64,000 bases of DNA, taken from positions 326,733 through 390,732 of the forward strand of contig RQSC01000005.1 in assembly GCA_013416795.1 (NCBI GenBank), read 5' to 3'. Of the stretch, positions 1 through 7,713 are shown piece by piece; the first letter of the stretch is position 1; each line of letters begins with the position of its first letter. This stretch comes from Prasinococcaceae sp. CCMP 1430. Lineage: Eukaryota; Plantae; Prasinodermophyta. Below the pieces are notes generated by a model. It had not been told where the DNA came from, did not search any database, and worked only from the letters and a program-made list of their open reading frames with translations. The position numbers and the translations under genes are program-made.

Positions 1-1
1 C

Positions 2-427
2 GCCTGCCGCAACCTCGGCCCGCTGCTGGGCTCGCGCCGTGGCAAGTGCCCGGCTGCCACGCAGCTGGCCCTGGCGTGCGCGTCGTGCGTGACATCCATG
101 GGCGTGTCGGACAGGCCCATGCTGGTGGCGTGCCTCGCGGCCATGAATCCGCGTGGGCTGTGGGCCAAGGAGAGCGCGGGAGGCGACAGTGCCCCCCCTC
201 CACCCGGCGAGGTGCTCATGCTGGCGCTGCTGGCGTGCGGCACCAACGTCACGGGCGACGCCGCGAGCGCGCCTGCGTGGTTGGGCGCCATGGAGAGATT
301 CGTGGCGGCGCTCGCGCAGCTGCCGGCGCCGGGCGCCCCGAAGCGCGTGTTCGAGGCAGCGCTTATCTCGGCGGAGGGCACCGCGGCAGAGGCCCTCAAG
401 GCGCTCGCCGCGCGCGCCACATGGTGA
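2..427 (+). CDS. 3' end of a hypothetical protein (partial, enters from the left edge)
   Basis: Frame open from base 2 (ACRNLGPLLG...) to TGA at 425-427; TGTAA at 489-493; no family recognised. Confidence 0.55.
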   Translation, partial: ACRNLGPLLGSRRGKCPAATQLALACASCVTSMGVSDRPMLVACLAAMNPRGLWAKESAGGDSAPPPPGEVLMLALLACGTNVTGDAASAPAWLGAMERFVAALAQLPAPGAPKRVFEAALISAEGTAAEALKALAARATW

Positions 428-557
428 AGAGGCCAGCGGAGGCGAGCGTGGCCGAGGAGCCACCGCAGCGTTCGGTTTCGTAACACCTTGTAACAAGACG
501 CAAAACGTCACACCATTCTCACAACGCGAGTAGTCGAATGCGCGCGCGAATTTACTC

Positions 558-1916
558 CTACCCCTCATCGCTGTCGGTGGGCGTCTCGACCATGATCTCC
601 GCGACGAGCTCCTCCAGGTGGCGTTCCTCGACGGCGAATCCGTGCACACTCTTCTCGAGGAGTTCCACGGCGCACGCGTCGGCGTCGTGCAGCCGGACGA
701 AGCGGCCGAAAGACAGCGGGCGGGCGGCCACCTCCTCGCGTGGCCACAGCGTGCGCGCGTAGTTGTCTGAGAGCTTGAGCATGAGCGGGTCCGAGCAGGC
801 GCGCAGCTCCTCCATGATCAGCGGCGGAATTATGAGGCTGTCGCAGCCCGCCAGTTCGCGCACCTCGTGGATGTTGCGAAAAGACGTCGGCGTCACCATG
901 GAGGGGACGCCCTCCTGGTGGTAGAGCGTGTAGAGGCGCTTGGTCCTGAGCACACCTGGGTCCTCGTGTGCGGGGTAGTGATCGCGAGCGTGCTCGGCCC
1001 TGTGCCAGTCGAGCGTGCGTCCGACGAATGGCGTCACGCGGCTCGCGCCTGCGTCGGCGCATGCGATGCCCTGCGCGAGAGAGCACACGAGCGTCATGTT
1101 GCACTGAACACCCTCCTTCTCGAGCGCCTCGCACGCCTGGATACCCTCCCAGGTCGCGGGCATCCGCACGCACAGCTTGGACGCGGCGTCCACGCCACGG
1201 CGTTCAAGAGCGTCCGCGAGCCCCATCGCCGCGTTGATTAACTCGTGCGTATCGAAGCTCAGCATCGGGTCCAGCGGCACAAGTACGCGGCCGTCGGCGG
1301 GCAGCACCGCCGCGAGGTCCTCTGCGAGGTCGAGCGTGAGCGCAGCAGCGATGGCCGCAGGCGACGCGCCAGCCTTGGAGGCGGAGCGCACCGCCTGGAC
1401 CAGGCGCGTACGCAGCTCGCCCTCGTCATCGCCCTCAAGCACGTCCTTGAGGTGCAAGGCGCCCTCACCGAGCTGGTGAGCGATGTCGTTGTGCTTGAGG
1501 CGCAGCTCGGGCATGGCCGCGGCGCAAAACTCCGCCAGTACGAGCGCGGGGTGTGCGCACGCGTCGCGCACCAGCCGTCCGCCATCTGGCGCTGCGAGTT
1601 CCTTCACGAGCGCCACATCGGCGGTGTTCGCGACGAGGCGCGAAGTGGTCGCCAGCGCCTGCAGCTGGTTGCTCGCGCCCGGGAGCGCCACACACGGCGG
1701 AGACGGCTCGAACGGATCGCACGCGTCCACGCGAGACGTTGCGGGCTCGGACGGCAGCGCCGGCTCAGAGCCCGCCGCGGCTGCGATGTGGCCGCGCGCA
1801 CGCGGGCGGCGCCCCCCCGGCGGATCGCCACGCGGGTGGTGCTTCCTCGGAGCTGGCACCGCCGTCGCTGCCGCCGCCGCCCGCGAATGAGTTAGGAGGA
1901 ACGCCGCGTGCGCCAT
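558..1916 (-). CDS. Transaldolase-family protein with degenerate active site and transit-peptide-like N-terminus
   Basis: Aligns by eye to TalB-type motifs: PATWEGIQACEALEKEGVQCNMTL, TPFVGRTLDW, EDPGV, SFRN. ATG chosen at 1916 (MAHAAFLL...). Confidence 0.85.
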   Translation of the reverse strand: MAHAAFLLTHSRAAAAATAVPAPRKHHPRGDPPGGRRPRARGHIAAAAGSEPALPSEPATSRVDACDPFEPSPPCVALPGASNQLQALATTSRLVANTADVALVKELAAPDGGRLVRDACAHPALVLAEFCAAAMPELRLKHNDIAHQLGEGALHLKDVLEGDDEGELRTRLVQAVRSASKAGASPAAIAAALTLDLAEDLAAVLPADGRVLVPLDPMLSFDTHELINAAMGLADALERRGVDAASKLCVRMPATWEGIQACEALEKEGVQCNMTLVCSLAQGIACADAGASRVTPFVGRTLDWHRAEHARDHYPAHEDPGVLRTKRLYTLYHQEGVPSMVTPTSFRNIHEVRELAGCDSLIIPPLIMEELRACSDPLMLKLSDNYARTLWPREEVAARPLSFGRFVRLHDADACAVELLEKSVHGFAVEERHLEELVAEIMVETPTDSDEG

Positions 1917-2362
1917 TCCCGGCTGCGCAGCAATGTCGCGCGCACGAATATAATCTCCAACAAGCGGCGCCCCCGCGCGTCCCGCCGATAGCGGCTGCGG
2001 CACCGCTTTGCCTGCGCCCCGCCCCCCCTCCCCTCCTCGCCGGCGCGCGCCCTTAGAAAGCAGGGAGTTGCCGAACGCGTGCCGCGTGCGCCGCGCCTCG
2101 TTGCGCGCCCGCCGCCGCACAGCGCGCGCGCGGTGCGGCCGGCGGCGGCGGCAGTGGTGGCCTCTGGGCGCGGGGCGCCTCGCCCTCGGCGGCGAGCCGG
2201 CGTGCGCTCTTACTGCCGTCGCAACAGCAGCAGCCGCAGCCACAGCTACCGCTGCAGCAGCGGCAGCGGCAAGAACGAGAGGAATCTATTTCCGATCGAC
2301 ACCGCCAGCTTGGGCAACGACGGGATGAGCGGGATGAAGGCCGAGGGCAGCAACAGCCGGCG

Positions 2363-3703
2363 ATGCGACTGGCCTTTCTGGTGCAGGTCGCGCGGCTACC
2401 CGACGCCGCGCGCGCCGCGCAGCTACGGCGGCTGCTCGCCCTTGTCTCTGACGGCGGCGCCAACGCGGTCGCTCTTCACCTCGACGCGAAGGCTCCCGAG
2501 GAAGACGTGCGCCGACTGCGCGAGGTGCTGCGCTCGCCCTCCACAGCAGCCTTGTCGATATCGTCGGCGTCGTCGCCGCCGCCGCCAGGACCAGGGCGCG
2601 GTCGCGCGGTTACCACGCGCGGTTTCAACTCCACAAAAGCGGCGCGGCGGGGTCTTCGCCAGGTTGATTCCTCGCGGGAGCGCGCGCTCGGCGAGGTCAT
2701 ACTGCTGAGGCGCTCTAGGGTGACGTACATGGGCATATCGATGGTTGACGTGACGCTTCGCGGCATCTCCGCGTTGCTCGCCTCCGGTGGCGATTGGCGC
2801 CACTTCATCAATCTCTCACTCGAAGACTACCCAACCATGCCCATGGACAACGTGCGGAGGCTACTCGCGGGCTTCTCGCCCCTCGCCAACTTCATGGAGC
2901 TCTCCCTCGGTCGCTTCGGCTTTACTAATGTCGTCATCGACCCTGGACTCTACATCGCTGACAGCGGGGAGCTCGAAGAGCACGGCTGGCGTGGGAGGCC
3001 GACCCAATTCTCGGTGTGCAAGGGATCCGCGTGGATGATCCTCAGCCGCGACTTCGCGCGCTACGCTGCCGGCGGCGGCGCCCTCGACATGGCGCCCGTC
3101 AACAAGCACAGCACCGCAACCATAGTCGTCAACGGCGAAGAGTACGACGGCTTTCCGCGCTCGCTGCTCCTCTATTTTGCGAACTATCCGAGGCCGGCCG
3201 AGTCGTACTTCCAAACACTCATCGCGCACTCGCGCTACGCGCGCACGCTCGTGCCTTTCCCGATGCGCTACGACTACTGGCCGCAGTGCGGCAGCGGCGG
3301 CTGCCAGCACCCGGCGGACCTGGGCATGAAGCATTTGGCAGGAATGCTCGAGGCAGCGCCGCTGTTCGCGCGGAAGTTCAAAGCGGACCCGAGCGCCTTC
3401 GCCAGCAGCGGCGATGAGCGATCGGAGCTCACGCGCTGGGTGGACGCACGCCTGCACCGCGGCGGCCAGGGCAACGCAACTTACCTCGTGGCCGCCCTCG
3501 CCGCGGCGGACACGTGGGTGTTCGACCCCGCGCGCGACACGGAGATTGCGTCGCCCGTGGTGCCGACGTCGTGCCACTCCAGCCTGGCCATCGTGCGCGA
3601 CGTGGAGCGCGCCTCGTACGCTGACGGGCGCTCCAGGGGCGCCAAGGTGGTCGCGCGTGACAGGAACGCGCTTGTGGTGCCCCTGGCCGGCCAGCGGGTG
3701 TAG
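2363..3703 (+). CDS. GT14 core-2/I-branching or xylosyltransferase-like glycosyltransferase
   Basis: RLAFLV...LHLDAK, DWRHFINLSLEDYP, KGSAWMILSRDF, ESYFQTL, FARKF. The frame is open without an ATG back to 2057, so the true N-terminus is unresolved. Confidence 0.8.
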   Translation: MRLAFLVQVARLPDAARAAQLRRLLALVSDGGANAVALHLDAKAPEEDVRRLREVLRSPSTAALSISSASSPPPPGPGRGRAVTTRGFNSTKAARRGLRQVDSSRERALGEVILLRRSRVTYMGISMVDVTLRGISALLASGGDWRHFINLSLEDYPTMPMDNVRRLLAGFSPLANFMELSLGRFGFTNVVIDPGLYIADSGELEEHGWRGRPTQFSVCKGSAWMILSRDFARYAAGGGALDMAPVNKHSTATIVVNGEEYDGFPRSLLLYFANYPRPAESYFQTLIAHSRYARTLVPFPMRYDYWPQCGSGGCQHPADLGMKHLAGMLEAAPLFARKFKADPSAFASSGDERSELTRWVDARLHRGGQGNATYLVAALAAADTWVFDPARDTEIASPVVPTSCHSSLAIVRDVERASYADGRSRGAKVVARDRNALVVPLAGQRV

Positions 3704-3828
3704 TGGTACTGTGCGCAGCTCATCAACGCGACTGGTAAATAACTTAACTTGGCTCTGCGCGCGCCACATGGCTGCTCGCGTCGCCCGTGTCGCCGCCGCC
3801 TCGCGCGCGCGCGCGAAGGAGAGAGAGC

Positions 3829-4382
3829 TCACTTGCCGCCGCTGATGGAGAATCGCCCCGGGCCAGCGCAGACAAAGTACAAGAATGCGAGGGCGTAGAG
3901 GCCCGCGGTCTCGAAGCCGTACTGGTGCGCCTCCACCACCGCCAGCGGGAAGCCCTCCAGGCCAGTGTCATGGATGTGGAAGGCCACGGCCAGGCCCATC
4001 GTGCTGAAGAGCGCGAACGCCGCAGGCCTCGCGAACACCCCCAGCGCGAGCGCGACTGCGGGCGAAGCATCGACAGGGGCGGGCGACCAGAGCGCTGTCA
4101 GCGTGGGCGAGCGCGCAACACGTGGCGCCCATCAGTCGAGGCCGAATCGCGCCTCGAAAGCGCGCTCGCGCTAACGCGCGCGCGCGCGCGCGCACCCGGG
4201 CATACGAGCTCGGCCGCAGCTGCCGCGTATGTCCACAGCAGCGGCTCGGGCAGGAAGGACAGGTGCTCGGCGACCACGAACTTGGCGAAGCCCTCAGGGT
4301 CCTGCAGCTTGTCGAGGCCGTTGTGGAACATGAACACGGAGACACCCACCCGCAGGAGGAGCACGCCCAGCTCGGCCGGCAC
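3829..4382 (-). CDS. DoxX-family membrane protein (5' exon unresolved)
   Basis: LLLRVGVSVFMFHNGLDKL...ELVCP, intron 4054-4195 (GT..AG, phase 1), then VALALGVFARPAAFALFSTMGLAVAFH...GPGRFSI. Confidence 0.8.
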
Positions 4383-4964
4383 GTCGAGCGGCGTCGCTGC
4401 CCAGGACGTGGCGCAAAAAGCACTTGATGGCTAACCCGTGGGTGCGTGCGCGAGCTCTTCCGCGAGGCCGCCGCCATCGCCACCCTCGCCGCCATCGCCG
4501 CCGCCACGCGCACCACAACCCCCCGCTCGACGCTCGACCCGCCCAACCGCGCGCGCGTCCGCCTGGGACCGCCCTCCCCCCGGCCCGGCCCAGCGCGCGT
4601 GTCTGGCATGCGCGCCTTATCCTCGACGACGACGACGACGCGCACCCGAGTGGTTGGAGGAGATACGGCCCGTCGGTTGAGGTTTTGTTTTCGAGTACAT
4701 TAGTGTCTAAAATGTAGGGTTCACCACCCATGTCAAATTACATGCACACGAGCACGTCCGCACGCGCCGGACCTCGCAGGACCAAACACAAGGGCGACAA
4801 CAGTGCATACATTTGCATGTGTCTGGGTAGAGTTTCCCGTGGTTACATATGATGTCATGAAGAATGCATTGAGCACGCGGAGAATCCGATCGGGTGTGAT
4901 GCGCGCGTGATGAGGTGCGGCAGATTTGGCGCGCAATCGGCGCTGACGTGGCGCCGGCGGCCAG

Positions 4965-5870
4965 CGCGGCGCGCGCGCGATGGCCGAGGAGGCGAATGAG
5001 GCGTACGCGGGGGCGGTGGCGAAGCAGAAGCACTGGTCGAAGGAGCTGCAGACGGCGCGCTGGCAGCGCGCGGCGTCGGCGATGGGGGCGGAGAGCGGCG
5101 AGAAGCCGGATATGGGCGCGGAGCTAGAGCTGCCAGCGCTGCTCACAGAGGAGGAGCTTGCTGAGGTTGACGAGAACAAGGCCCAAAATCAGATCTCTGT
5201 GCTCGAGGCCGAGCTCGCAGAGAAGGACTACGACATCAAGGCCGTGCGCGAGTACCGCGAGAAGGAGGCCGAATACAACCAGCGCGTGGCCGCCCTTGAG
5301 AGCGCCACCACGCAGCGCGACGCTCTGCGCAAGGATCACGACGGGCTGCGCAAGCAGCGTCTGGACGAGTTCATGGCGGGCTTCCACACCATCTCGCTGA
5401 AGCTCAAGGAGATGTATCAGATGATCACCCTCGGTGGCGATGCAGAGCTCGAGCTTGTGGACAGCCTTGACCCCTTCTCCGAGGGCATAGTCTTCAGCGT
5501 GCGCCCGCCCAAGAAGTCGTGGAAGAACATCGCGAATCTCTCCGGTGGCGAGAAGACGCTGTCCTCGTTGGCGCTCATCTTTGCGCTCCACCACTACCGC
5601 CCCACGCCGCTGTACGTCATGGACGAGATTGACGCCGCGCTGGACTTCAAGAACGTGTCGATCGTGGCGCACTACCTGAAGGAGCGCACCAAGGGTGCGC
5701 AGTTCGTGGTCATCTCGCTGCGCAACAACATGTTCGAGCTCGCGGACCGACTGGTGGGCATTTACAAGACACACAACGCTACGAAGAGCGTCACCGTCAA
5801 CCCGCATGCATTCGCTCTCAAGGACAGCAACGGGCAGCGGATGCCCACGCAAGGGGCCGTGGCGGTGTAA
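4965..5870 (+). CDS. SMC4: SMC4 condensin subunit, C-terminal coiled coil and ATPase head only
   Basis: FSVRPPKKSWKNIANLSGGEKTLSSLALIFALHHYRPTPLYVMDEIDAALDFKNVSI. Branch site GCTGAC and acceptor CAG at 4962-4964 precede the exon; no N-terminal half is visible upstream. Confidence 0.9.
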   Translation, partial: RGARAMAEEANEAYAGAVAKQKHWSKELQTARWQRAASAMGAESGEKPDMGAELELPALLTEEELAEVDENKAQNQISVLEAELAEKDYDIKAVREYREKEAEYNQRVAALESATTQRDALRKDHDGLRKQRLDEFMAGFHTISLKLKEMYQMITLGGDAELELVDSLDPFSEGIVFSVRPPKKSWKNIANLSGGEKTLSSLALIFALHHYRPTPLYVMDEIDAALDFKNVSIVAHYLKERTKGAQFVVISLRNNMFELADRLVGIYKTHNATKSVTVNPHAFALKDSNGQRMPTQGAVAV

Positions 5871-6173
5871 TGGGCCGCATGCACCACGAGGCGTCCGTGC
5901 AAATCGCGCATGGGATTGTCCATGCCCCGCGAGCGCGCACACGTCCCGTCGCGTGGGGAGAGCAGGATGCGAGCACGCAGCGCCGAGACGAGCGCGCGCG
6001 CCGCCCTTAGAACAGGTACCATAATGTTTAAGGCGACTCGAGCACCAAAATACAGAAAAGAATGCGCGCGGCGGCGGCGCCCGTCGCTAGGGCGCGGGGT
6101 GCGCCGCGCCATGTCCTAGCGGCGCGTCCCTCCGCTGGGAGGCGGCGCTCGAGAAGCCTGCCGTTCCATTGCC

Positions 6174-6366
6174 TCACCAGCCCAGGCCGGAGAAAGCATC
6201 AGTCTTCTTTGGCGACGGCTTGCTCATCGGCGCGGGGCGCTGGCTGCTGCCGTTGCCCACGGCCTGCTGGGCGCGCTGCTGCTGTTGCCCCTGGGCGTAC
6301 TGCATGTGCGGCACGTGGGCGTACTGCTGCTGCATCTGCGGCATCTGCTGGTACTGCATCTGCGGC
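6174..6366 (-). CDS. Gln/Met/Tyr-rich C-terminal tail of an unidentified protein, cut by a single-N join
   Basis: PQMQYQQMPQMQQQYAHVPHMQYAQGQQQ...KKTDAFSGLGW-stop; the frame runs into the N at 6367. Confidence 0.55.
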
Positions 6367-6407
6367 NGCGCGGCGCGGCGGCGTCGGCGACGCACCACGC
6401 GCGGGGG

Positions 6408-6686
6408 ATGGGCCACGACGCCGGGGGGTGCAGCCGAGCGCCCGAGGAGTGGCTGCACCCGCACCTGGCGCGCCCGCACGGGCCGCTCACGTCGCTCCAC
6501 GCCGCGCAGAGGGAGCGCGAGCACGCGCAGGAGCTCATCAGGCGCGAGCTCGAGAGCCACGCGAGGCCGTCGCCCTCGCTGGAGCCGCACGTGCCCAGGG
6601 GCCTCAGGGCGAGGCACCTCAGAGAACACGAGCGGATCAAGGAGGCCTGCGACGAGCCGCACATGCGCGGCCTCGGCCTCTTCTAG
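6408..6686 (+). CDS. Small hypothetical protein (92 aa)
   Basis: ATG after a GC-rich leader, strongly GC3-biased codons (MGHDAGG...PHMRGLGLF); no family recognised. Confidence 0.45.
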   Translation: MGHDAGGCSRAPEEWLHPHLARPHGPLTSLHAAQREREHAQELIRRELESHARPSPSLEPHVPRGLRARHLREHERIKEACDEPHMRGLGLF

Positions 6687-7713
6687 AGGGGAACGATCGA
6701 AGGAAGGATAGAAGGAAGGAGGCACCGGAGGAAGCACCGAAGGAAGCGACTTCGTCCCGTACGCGGCTGGGCAAGCAAGACGCACCCAGCGAAAGGCCGA
6801 GCGGGCGCCGGAAGCTCGGCAGGAACAAGGCACGCGCACGCACACGTGACGACAAGCAGCAGCGACAATTACAAAATTGCACGGCACCAAGCCGACGGCA
6901 AAGCGAAAAACGAGCGACCTCACTGCGAGTGACGCCGTGCACCGACCGTCTAAGCACACGAGCATGGCGTCGCGAGTGCACGGCACAGCTGTGAAATGTG
7001 CACGCAAGGAGCAGACGCCGCGGCCCGAGAGGAGGAGCGAGAGCGCGTTTGCCCCGAGGGCTGACGCCGGGCTCGACTCGTGGCGGCGAGACCACTCAGC
7101 GCTCGCGACAACAGTTCGACAAGCAGAACATGCAGCCGCGTCAAGAAGCGGCCGCGACCGTAGCAGCAGCACCATCATCAGCAGCAGCAGCAGCAGGCGC
7201 AGCGGCCGCATCCGCGGCCGGTGCGCCCGAGAGCGCGGGACGCAAAGCGCGCCCCAGCTCGTGTCAGGACCCAAGCCGACGTCACCGATACACGCAACGA
7301 GCGCGGAGAGCACTGCAACGAGCACGGCCTCTCTAGCGAGGAGCCACGAAACGCCACACACCGATCGACCTCGCCAAAACCATCGGAGCACCGATCCATT
7401 CCATTTGAGAGCGCGCGCGCCGGCGGCGGCCAGCTGGCGGCCTCGACGCGCGTGCTCGCCACCGCAAACCCCACCCCTACAGGAACCACCCCCGCACCCG
7501 ACCAAGAAGAGCGAGGCAAGCCCCCCAAAGCCAGCCTTTTGTTCCATATTGTTTTTGTACCTCCAGCTTGCGATGCCCATAGCGAGACGGCTAAGACGGC
7601 ATCTCCAAGCGGCGACGGCTGGAGCTGAACTTTGTGTATACTTACGTTGTACGTACAGTAACTTGTGAAATATTACACTTTGACGGGCAGCGAAGAGCGC
7701 GGCGCGAGCGCGC

